Source of the DNA: a virus
Taxonomy: Duplodnaviria > Caudoviricetes
Length of the DNA stretch: 25,720 nucleotides
IMG/VR virus record: IMGVR_UViG_3300032281_000062
Location: 1-25,720 of that record
Reading direction: 5' to 3' (one strand)
Numbering within the stretch: position 1 is the first letter of the stretch; every line of letters starts with the position of its first letter. The translations under genes and the position numbers were made by a program. Positions 7,974-15,377 of the stretch are shown piece after piece. Below the pieces are notes generated by a model. That model saw only the letters and a list, made by a program, of their open reading frames with translations. It was not told the DNA's origin and made no database searches.

Positions 7974-8813
7974 ATGTTTGGAATTTCGTCCTTTGCTCAA
8001 GCACCGTTTGCTTCATTAGCAGGGACAGCTTTTATCGCTGCATTGTCGGAGGACATAACTTTAGCAGACTCTAGCAGTCAAATTTTTGCTTTTAACCAAA
8101 GCGTTGCTGAAAACTTTGGTATAAATAATACAGAAAATACTGATGGAGGATCAACCTTTTTTTTAGATATATCAGAAAATTCAGCTTTTGGCGATTCTAG
8201 TAGTCAGCTATCAGCGTTCCTACAAAGCCTATCAGAAAATTCTAGCCCTAATGACTCTGTTGGGATTAGTACAATTTATCTTTTTGAAGTTGCAGAAAAC
8301 CAAACAATGGCAGATGATCCTGTGCCGTTTTTTGCTGCTTTGCAAGACCGCTCCGAGCCAATAATTTCAGTACAAGATTCAAGCACTCAACAATTTGCTT
8401 TTTTACAAACATTAGCAGAAAACATTAATTCTGACGACTCTAGCACCCAGGTATCAGCGTTTCTACAAAGTTTATTAGAAAACATTAATTTAGCGGATAC
8501 TCCTTCAATTGCGGCTCAGTTTGCAACAGCTATTACTGAAAACAGTGTTTTAGAAGATAGTTTTCTTTTTGTAATGCTAGTTACAGTCACTGAAGATTTT
8601 AGTTCTGCCGATTCTAGTACTCAAGTATCAACATTCTTGCAAAGCCTAGCAGAAAACATTGCTTCTGCAGATGTAAGCACTCAGCAATCTACTTTTTTAC
8701 AGTCTAGAGTTGAGCCTTTTACTGTAGCAGACTTATCATCGTCTGGTGGATGGTTTAAAATTAACAACGACCAATCTGTTACTTGGGTCCCAATTAATAA
8801 TTCGCAGCCTTAA
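7974..8813 (+). CDS. Acidic ~20-aa-repeat virion protein (fibre shaft-like)
   Basis: 279 aa. About 12 units with an E-x5-D core (e.g. FLQSLSENSSPNDS, FLQTLAENINSDDS). Only three K/R residues. Confidence 0.7.
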   Translation: MFGISSFAQAPFASLAGTAFIAALSEDITLADSSSQIFAFNQSVAENFGINNTENTDGGSTFFLDISENSAFGDSSSQLSAFLQSLSENSSPNDSVGISTIYLFEVAENQTMADDPVPFFAALQDRSEPIISVQDSSTQQFAFLQTLAENINSDDSSTQVSAFLQSLLENINLADTPSIAAQFATAITENSVLEDSFLFVMLVTVTEDFSSADSSTQVSTFLQSLAENIASADVSTQQSTFLQSRVEPFTVADLSSSGGWFKINNDQSVTWVPINNSQP

Positions 8814-8825
8814 CGAAAGAATACT

Positions 8826-9830
8826 ATGGCATCTAGCTACTCACCCTCGCTTAAAATAGAGCTTATTGGTAACGGCGATCAGTCCGGTACATGGGGTACT
8901 ACGACCAATAATAACCTCGGCACCATACTTGAACAGGCTATTACAGGGGTTCAGACTATTACTATGGTCAACGCCGACTACACATTAACAAGTTTTAACG
9001 GCGTATCAGACGAGGCTCGAAATGCGGTTTTGGTAGCTACGGGGACTAACTCAGCTATTCGCCAAATAATCTGCCCGCTGGTAGAAAAACTTTACGTCAT
9101 ATTTAACAACACTACAGGCGGTTTTGCTATAACAATTGGCGGTGCTACAGGCTCTATTGTAACTATTCCTAACGGCACTACTGCTCAAGTCTATTGCGAT
9201 GGCACGAACTTCTTCTCTTCCCAAACAGGTTCGGCTGGTAATTTTAATGTAAACGGTAACTTAACCGTAGGCGGTACAACGTCTTTATCAGGGGCTTTAA
9301 CTGGGACAACGGGTGTATTTTCAGGTGCTATTTCCTCGGTATCTCCAACGTTTACAGGAACCCCAACAGCGCCGACTGCTGCAGCTGGAACAAATACAAC
9401 TCAGATAGCAACTACGGCTTTTGTGCAAGCAGTTGTTCCAACGGGCGTTATTGTTATGTGGTCTGGTTCTATTGGCAGCATTCCAAGTGGTTGGTTATTG
9501 TGTAACGGTTCTAACGGTACCCCAGACTTAAGAAACCGATTTGTAGTAGGCGCTGGTTCTACCTATGCGGTAGACGCAACAGGCGGATCAGCAGACGCTA
9601 TTGTTGTAACCCACACCCATGCAATTACAGACCCAGGCCATGCTCATAGCTACACAGCCGGAAGTTATCAAGATCAAAGAGGAGGCGGTTCATCAACTAC
9701 GGATGTTCAACCAACAACTACTAATACAGCAAGCAATACCACAGGAATTAGCATTAATAATGCTGGAACAAGCGGTACAAACGCCAACCTACCACCCTAC
9801 TACGCTCTTGCGTATATTATGAAAGCTTAA
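8826..9830 (+). CDS. Tail fibre protein with fibre repeat, short collar-like domain and HxH tip
   Basis: 334 aa. SPTFTGTPTAPT...TNTTQIATTAFV, GVIVMWSG...IPSGWLLCNG...PDLRNRF, THTH and GHAH, and C-terminal NLPPYYALAYIMK. Confidence 0.85.
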   Translation: MASSYSPSLKIELIGNGDQSGTWGTTTNNNLGTILEQAITGVQTITMVNADYTLTSFNGVSDEARNAVLVATGTNSAIRQIICPLVEKLYVIFNNTTGGFAITIGGATGSIVTIPNGTTAQVYCDGTNFFSSQTGSAGNFNVNGNLTVGGTTSLSGALTGTTGVFSGAISSVSPTFTGTPTAPTAAAGTNTTQIATTAFVQAVVPTGVIVMWSGSIGSIPSGWLLCNGSNGTPDLRNRFVVGAGSTYAVDATGGSADAIVVTHTHAITDPGHAHSYTAGSYQDQRGGGSSTTDVQPTTTNTASNTTGISINNAGTSGTNANLPPYYALAYIMKA

Positions 9831-9839
9831 GGATAAATC

Positions 9840-10058
9840 ATGGGTCAATTTACAATTTCTGGTGATACAAGCGGTACGTTAACTTTAGCTGCTCCAGCTA
9901 TTGCGGGTACACCAACTATTACCTTTCCAACCGTTTCTGGTACTGCCTTGGCTTCTACAGCAGTGTCGGCATCTACTACAAACACGGTAACAAATAAGAT
10001 TGCTGTCAATATTGGCGGCACGGTTTATTACTTGTTGGCTTCTACTTCAGCAGCTTAA
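9840..10058 (+). CDS. Small fibre-like protein
   Basis: 72 aa. AAGGA Shine-Dalgarno. Thr/Ala/Ser-rich, starting ISGDTSGTLTLAAPAIAGTPTITFP. Confidence 0.65.
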   Translation: MGQFTISGDTSGTLTLAAPAIAGTPTITFPTVSGTALASTAVSASTTNTVTNKIAVNIGGTVYYLLASTSAA

Positions 10059-10067
10059 GGACTTAAT

Positions 10068-10928
10068 ATGGCAACTACACTCAATGCTGGAACCACAGCA
10101 GCAACGGCACTAAACGTCATTACAGATACTACTGGGGCAATGGCTATTCAGACTAGTGGTACAACTGCAATTGCTATTAGTAACGCTCAAGTAGTTTCTT
10201 TGACTAACCCACTATTGCCAGCTTCTGGTGGCACTGGGCTTTCTTCTTTAGGAACTGGTGTTGCTACATTTTTAGGCACTCCGTCTTCAGCAAACTTGTT
10301 GGCTGCCGTAACAGACGAAACAGGTACTGGGGCTTTAGTATTTGCCGCATCCCCAACTTTATCGGGAACCCCACTGGCGCCAACAGCATCGGTTGGTACT
10401 AACACCACTCAAATAGCGACTACGGCTTTTGTGCAGGCGGCTGGTTTAGTAGGTGAAATAAAAATGTGGGGCACTGCTTCTGCGCCGACTGGGTATTTGC
10501 TTTGCGACGGCAGTGCGGTGAGTAGAACAACATACGCCGCACTTTTTGCGGTGGTTGGCACAACTTTCGGTGTTGGGGATGGATCAACTACATTTACATT
10601 GCCCGATTATCGTGGAAGAACGCCTATTGGAGTAAGCGGTTCTTATGCTTTAGCAAGCACAGGTGGTAGTGCTGATGCTGTTGTTGTAAGCCATGGTCAT
10701 GGAGCAACTTCTACAGATTCGGGACACTCACATAGTTTAGTTGCTGGTTTAACTGGTTCTGATCTTGTTGGAGGGGGATCAAATCAGATTTACACTAGAA
10801 CCCCATCACCAAGTAGTACAGGTATTGGCAACGCAAATATTACAACTACAGTAAGTGTAGTCGGAGTTTCTGGTGTTGGCGCTAATCTGCAACCATATCT
10901 TGCAATTAACTTCATTATCAAAACCTAA
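10068..10928 (+). CDS. Tail fibre protein with phage tail collar domain
   Basis: 286 aa. Canonical collar motif GEIKMW...APTGYLLCDGSAVSRTTYAALFAVVGTTFGVGDGSTTFTLPDYRGR, then SHGH and GHSH, and C-terminal NLQPYLAINFIIK. Confidence 0.9.
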   Translation: MATTLNAGTTAATALNVITDTTGAMAIQTSGTTAIAISNAQVVSLTNPLLPASGGTGLSSLGTGVATFLGTPSSANLLAAVTDETGTGALVFAASPTLSGTPLAPTASVGTNTTQIATTAFVQAAGLVGEIKMWGTASAPTGYLLCDGSAVSRTTYAALFAVVGTTFGVGDGSTTFTLPDYRGRTPIGVSGSYALASTGGSADAVVVSHGHGATSTDSGHSHSLVAGLTGSDLVGGGSNQIYTRTPSPSSTGIGNANITTTVSVVGVSGVGANLQPYLAINFIIKT

Positions 10929-10946
10929 AGGTGCAAACAGTGGATC

Positions 10947-11399
10947 ATGGCAGACGAACTCGGACTATCGGCTGGTGCAAAGGGCATCAGTGAAGGGTTA
11001 AAGACTGGGCGGGAAGCTGGGCGAGAGATTGGCAAGAACATCGAGGAAGTACAGAAGGAAGCAGTAGATGTTGCAAAGCAGCAAGCAAATGCAAGAATTC
11101 GTGAACGTAGAGAAGCAGAGTTTAGGAAAGAACGGGCGATATTTAAAGCCCTTGAGGAGTACAAACACCGCAAGAAGATAAGCGATGAAGAGTACAAGTT
11201 AAGGGTAGATTTTATAAAGCAGCACGGCACTAAAGAGTGGCAAAAGGTGCTAGACATCAAGACCGAGATTGAGCGGCTTGAGAAGGAAGACAAGAAGTAC
11301 TTTGATGCTGAGTTGTCAAAGGTTAAATGGGTGCAGTTCTGGTGTTTTCTGGCAGCAGGCTGGATTGCTTATTTTATAGTATGGGGGTCTAAAAGATGA
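10947..11399 (+). CDS. Charged coiled-coil protein with C-terminal transmembrane helix (lysis cassette, function unknown)
   Basis: 150 aa. E/K/R-rich helix, then WVQFWCFLAAGWIAYFIVWG and a basic tail. Confidence 0.6.
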   Translation: MADELGLSAGAKGISEGLKTGREAGREIGKNIEEVQKEAVDVAKQQANARIRERREAEFRKERAIFKALEEYKHRKKISDEEYKLRVDFIKQHGTKEWQKVLDIKTEIERLEKEDKKYFDAELSKVKWVQFWCFLAAGWIAYFIVWGSKR

Positions 11400-11656
11400 A
11401 TATGCAAGATATTATGAAGGCGGTTATTCCGATTCTTGTAGCCTGTATAGCGTGGCTACTCGGTCAAGTATCCTCATTTCAGACTCGCCTGACCCAGATT
11501 GAAGGCAAGATGCCAGCCCTAATTACTAACGAAGGCGTCCCAACGGATAGTCCTATTTCAGCCGAGCGCAGAGCAAAGATGCGTGAGGAACTATACAAAG
11601 AACTCCATGACCTCCATGTGCGGGTCAAACTCCTTGAAGAAAGAGCTAAAAAATGA
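11396..11656 (+). CDS. Small membrane protein: N-terminal transmembrane helix plus coiled coil (lysis-associated)
   Basis: 86 aa. AVIPILVACIAWLLG hydrophobic stretch. ATGA overlaps on both sides. Confidence 0.6.
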   Translation: MNMQDIMKAVIPILVACIAWLLGQVSSFQTRLTQIEGKMPALITNEGVPTDSPISAERRAKMREELYKELHDLHVRVKLLEERAKK

Positions 11657-12135
11657 TTACCTTATTTACCACCCTTATATCATTCCTGTCTGGCGGACTA
11701 CCTAGCCTACTAGGGTTTTTCCAAGACAAGTCCGACAAGAAGCATGAGATGGAAATGGCTCGTTTGCAGACTGAACGGGAACTCCAGATGATGGAGAGAG
11801 GCTTTCAAGCCCAAGCCCATGTAGAAGAAATTAAGACCCAGCAGATTGAGATGCAGACCCAAGCCCAAGAAAGGGCGTCTTTGTATGCTCACGACATCGA
11901 GATTGGCAAGGGTGCTTCCCAGTGGGTTACTAACTCTAGGGCTATGGTTAGACCAGCCATTACCTACGGGATGTTCATCATGTTTATGTTTGTGGAAATC
12001 TTTGGTTTCTGGTTTGCCTTTCATCGGGAAGTGGCTTTTGACGTAGCGCTAAACCTGTTGTGGGATGATGAGACACAGATTATCTGGGCAAGCATTGTTT
12101 CTTTCTGGTTTGGAACACAGGCATTTAAGAAGTGA
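11653..12135 (+). CDS. Putative holin (3-TM, GTA holin-like)
   Basis: 160 aa. Hydrophobic N-terminus, coiled coil, WV...RAMVRPAITY, two further hydrophobic segments and terminal IVSFWFG. Directly upstream of the lysozyme. Confidence 0.75.
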   Translation: MITLFTTLISFLSGGLPSLLGFFQDKSDKKHEMEMARLQTERELQMMERGFQAQAHVEEIKTQQIEMQTQAQERASLYAHDIEIGKGASQWVTNSRAMVRPAITYGMFIMFMFVEIFGFWFAFHREVAFDVALNLLWDDETQIIWASIVSFWFGTQAFKK

Positions 12136-12608
12136 AAGTAAGCGATAAAGCCATCAAAATGATTAAGCACCATGAGGGTGTCCGTCAGCGTCCATATCGC
12201 TGCCCCGCAAAATTGTGGACGATTGGTGTGGGTCATGTACTCTACCCACGGCAAGGTGCGTTAAAAATAGACGAGCGAGATGCCTACCCACTGGAATATA
12301 AAGATGACCGTACCTTTTCTATGGAGGAAGTAGATGACATTCTTAGAGACGATCTTAATCGCTTTGAGCGAGGTGTTGAACGCTTCTGTCCTGTCAAGCT
12401 CACTCAAGGTCAATTTGATGCTCTTGTATCTTTTAGCTTTAATGTTGGTCTGGGAACACTACAGCGCAGCACCCTCCGTCAGAAGGTTATTCGGGGCAAA
12501 ATGGAAGAAGCGGCAGAAGAGTTCTTGAAATATACGCTCGCTGGCGGTAAAGTGCTAAAAGGCTTAGTCACTCGCAGAAACGACGAACGAGCATTATTTT
12601 TATCCTAG
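12132..12608 (+). CDS. Endolysin, GH24 (phage lysozyme/muramidase)
   Basis: 158 aa, GTG start overlapping the holin stop. HEGxRxxPYxCPAxxWTIGVGH, QGQFDALVSFSFNVG and GLVTRRNDERALFL. Confidence 0.95.
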   Translation: MKVSDKAIKMIKHHEGVRQRPYRCPAKLWTIGVGHVLYPRQGALKIDERDAYPLEYKDDRTFSMEEVDDILRDDLNRFERGVERFCPVKLTQGQFDALVSFSFNVGLGTLQRSTLRQKVIRGKMEEAAEEFLKYTLAGGKVLKGLVTRRNDERALFLS

Positions 12609-12618
12609 GGTAAACCCG
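12606..12618 (+). promoter_or_regulatory. TAGGGTAAACCCG motif, copy 2 (translation-initiation region of the 12620 gene)
   Basis: Identical to 1681-1693 at the same offset from ATG. Its TAG is the lysozyme stop codon. Confidence 0.6.
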
Positions 12619-12619
12619 T

Positions 12620-15040
12620 ATGCCATTACAAAAACTAGTCTTTAAACCCGGTATAAACAAAGAAGGTACAAGCTACACCAATGAAGGTGGTTGGTTTGAT
12701 GGGGATAAAATTCGTTTTCGTTCTGGTAACGCAGAAAAAATTGGCGGTTGGACACGTCTTTCTAACAATACGTTTTTAGGTATATGTCGAGCGCTTTGGA
12801 ACTGGGGCACATTAGCTGGCTCTAACTTGCTTGGTGTAGGCACAAGTAAAAAATATTACGTTGAGAGCGGTGGTGAGTATAACGACATAACTCCTTTACT
12901 ATTAAACAGTAGTGGCAATACAACAACTACCCTAGGCGCTAATTCTTTAGGTACAACAAACGGTTCTGCAACCGTAACAGTAAACGATGCAGTTAGCGGT
13001 ATTTCTCCAGCTATCGGTGATTATATAAACTTAACTAGCACGGCTACTGTTGGCGGGTTAACTATTTCTGGTCAGTACGTAGTAACAAAACAAAATAGTA
13101 GTGTGCAATACGAAATAACAGCTAGCGCAGTGGCAACATCTACAGCAACAGGTGGTGGAACAGTAACTGTTCAATATTTATATCCCGTAGGTAATGATAT
13201 TTATACTTCAAGCACAGGGTGGGGCGCAGGTAGCTGGGCTCCAACAGATACTGTTAATTTAGGATCTAATCCATTTACCGTAACTGCTGGTAGCGCCGTT
13301 GCTACAGTTACACAAAATGCTCACGGCTATTTAACCTCTGCAGGTTCTTTTATTGCTGGACAACAGTACAAAATTGTTGCTGTAGGGTCTACAAACTTTA
13401 CCTTAATTGGCGCTTCTGCTAATACAGTCGGTATAGTCTTTACTGCTACTGGTGTAGGTACTGGGTCAGGTACAGCGTCTATTGTTTGGGTAGCTTTTTT
13501 AGGTGTAACTAATATAACAGCAACGCCAACGTCATTTGGTATATCTGGCACTAGCGGTTTTGCTACAGGCACTTATGGTATGTACGGGGTAACTGCTACT
13601 AATGTTGCTGTCCCAGCTACTTTTATAAACGGTAGAGCTTTTGAAATCACTTACGTAGATGCTAATACATACACTATAACTCTGGTATCCCCTGCAGCGT
13701 ACGGAGCAATTGGCGGCGGGGCTGGTGTTGTTGCTTATCCACAGTATGCCGCACGTCCTTGGGGTTCTGCAGCAGACGTTGGTATTGGGCAGCAGCTTCG
13801 TATATGGAGTAACGACAACTTTGGTCAAGATTTAATTATTGCTCCTCGTGGCGGCGGCATTTACTATTGGTCAGCTGCCTCTGGCATTACTGTTAGAGCG
13901 GTTCTTTTAAATACTTTGTCTACAGCAGCAGGTTTTTCAGGGCAGTTTGTACCAAATACGACTAATCAAATTATTGGTTCTGCAATTCAACGTTTTGTAA
14001 TTGCGTTTGGTGCTAATCCCTACGACCCTGCAAACGCCAATAGTACTTTTGACCCCTTATTAGTTCGCTGGGCTGACCAAGAAAACCCTTACGAATGGGT
14101 ACCCGCAGTAACAAACCAGGCTGGTGAATTCCGTCTTAATATTGGTTCTTACATTGTCTGCGCTAAATCAACCCGTCAAGAAATATTAATTTGGACTGAT
14201 GCAGCTATATATTCTATGCAGTACCTTGGACCTCCTTATGTTTGGGGCTTCCAGTTGTTGCAAGACAACATTTCTATTATGGGGCCCAACGCTTCTATAA
14301 CAGTTAATAACGTAACCTACTGGATGGGCACCGATAAGTTTTATAAATACACCGGTCGTGTGGAAACCTTGGCTTCTACTTTGCGCCAATACGTATACCA
14401 AGACATTAACCAAAATCAAAACTTCCAAGTATTTGCTGGTTCTATTGAAGGGTACAACGAGATTTGGTGGTTCTATTGCTCAGCCAATAGTGATATTGTT
14501 GACCGCTATGTTATTTATGATTACCTAGATGATGTCTGGGCTTATGGAACTATGAGCCGCACTGCTTGGTTAGATTCTGGTTTACGTGCATTCCCAATGG
14601 GCGCCGATACTGTTAACTATCGAATCCTCTACCACGAGAACGGCAATGACGACGTGTCAGGGTTAACCCCAGTACCTATTAATGCGTATGTTCAATCATC
14701 TGATTTTGACATTGGTGACGGGCACAACTTTGGATTTGTGTGGCGTATTTTGCCTGACTTAACGTTTAACGGCTCTAGTGCAAACCTACCAGAAGTAACG
14801 ATGACCGTACTTCCAAGAGTTAACTCAGGAACAGCTTATGGAACGCCTGATAACCCAAGAGTACCAAGTGCGCAAAACTACACTTCTACAGGCACTTATG
14901 CAGTGCAGCAATTTACTGGTCAGGTATACACCCGCATTAGGGGTCGCCAGATGGCGTTTAGGATTGAGTCTAATGCCCTAGGTGTTGCTTGGCAGATGGG
15001 TTTCCCACGTATTGATATAAGACCAGACGGACGCAGATAA
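12620..15040 (+). CDS. Tail nozzle / DNA-stabilisation protein (P22 gp10 / T7 gp12-like) with inserted domains
   Basis: 806 aa, beta-rich with propeller-like Trp/Tyr repeats (LVRWADQE, YWMGTDKFYKYTG, EIWWFY, YVIYDY) and terminal RIRGRQMAFRIES. Size and position before the ejection genes fit. Confidence 0.75.
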   Translation: MPLQKLVFKPGINKEGTSYTNEGGWFDGDKIRFRSGNAEKIGGWTRLSNNTFLGICRALWNWGTLAGSNLLGVGTSKKYYVESGGEYNDITPLLLNSSGNTTTTLGANSLGTTNGSATVTVNDAVSGISPAIGDYINLTSTATVGGLTISGQYVVTKQNSSVQYEITASAVATSTATGGGTVTVQYLYPVGNDIYTSSTGWGAGSWAPTDTVNLGSNPFTVTAGSAVATVTQNAHGYLTSAGSFIAGQQYKIVAVGSTNFTLIGASANTVGIVFTATGVGTGSGTASIVWVAFLGVTNITATPTSFGISGTSGFATGTYGMYGVTATNVAVPATFINGRAFEITYVDANTYTITLVSPAAYGAIGGGAGVVAYPQYAARPWGSAADVGIGQQLRIWSNDNFGQDLIIAPRGGGIYYWSAASGITVRAVLLNTLSTAAGFSGQFVPNTTNQIIGSAIQRFVIAFGANPYDPANANSTFDPLLVRWADQENPYEWVPAVTNQAGEFRLNIGSYIVCAKSTRQEILIWTDAAIYSMQYLGPPYVWGFQLLQDNISIMGPNASITVNNVTYWMGTDKFYKYTGRVETLASTLRQYVYQDINQNQNFQVFAGSIEGYNEIWWFYCSANSDIVDRYVIYDYLDDVWAYGTMSRTAWLDSGLRAFPMGADTVNYRILYHENGNDDVSGLTPVPINAYVQSSDFDIGDGHNFGFVWRILPDLTFNGSSANLPEVTMTVLPRVNSGTAYGTPDNPRVPSAQNYTSTGTYAVQQFTGQVYTRIRGRQMAFRIESNALGVAWQMGFPRIDIRPDGRR

Positions 15041-15339
15041 TGACATATAACGCTCCACTACGCTCACCAAAAGCACCTAACTTACCTAATGCTCCAGCAG
15101 CGGGATATAGTCCTGTATATTTTGACCAGTATTCAAACGTGTTGCGTTTGTACTTTAACCAGATAGATAACTTTACTCAAGCAGCCGCTATTCCTCTTTC
15201 TGGAACTACTGCAGAAAGACCTGTAAGTACTGTACAAGCGCCGTTGCCAATAGGGCAATATTACTACGACACCACGTTAGATAGACCTATTTGGTGGAAC
15301 GGCACTGTGTGGAAAAAAGCTGACGGAACGACTGTTTAA
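15040..15339 (+). CDS. Small tail protein (plug/needle position, as for P22 gp26)
   Basis: 99 aa, TAATG-coupled to the nozzle gene. Short helix, then a GTTAERP...GQYYYDTTLDRPIWWNGTVW fibre-type beta motif. Confidence 0.55.
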   Translation: MTYNAPLRSPKAPNLPNAPAAGYSPVYFDQYSNVLRLYFNQIDNFTQAAAIPLSGTTAERPVSTVQAPLPIGQYYYDTTLDRPIWWNGTVWKKADGTTV

Positions 15340-15349
15340 ATGATAAACT
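15320..15349 (+). promoter_or_regulatory. Candidate sigma70-type promoter with extended -10
   Basis: CTGACG (15320-15325), 18 nt, then TAAACT (15344-15349) preceded by TGn. It lies in one of the few intergenic gaps, with AAGG Shine-Dalgarno at 15367-15370. Confidence 0.35.
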
Positions 15350-15377
15350 TGACACCAAATAACCCCAAGGTACGCTT

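Noticed and set aside
4509-10928. Diversity-generating retroelement suggested by repeats in fibre genes
   Set aside because: Differences between copies are not adenine-specific, all copies are in-frame coding, and there is no reverse transcriptase in the window.
14659-14670. GGGTTAACCC palindrome and other partial matches to the 13-nt motif (about 18728 and 24749)
   Set aside because: They are partial, lie inside coding sequence far from start codons, and are compatible with chance.
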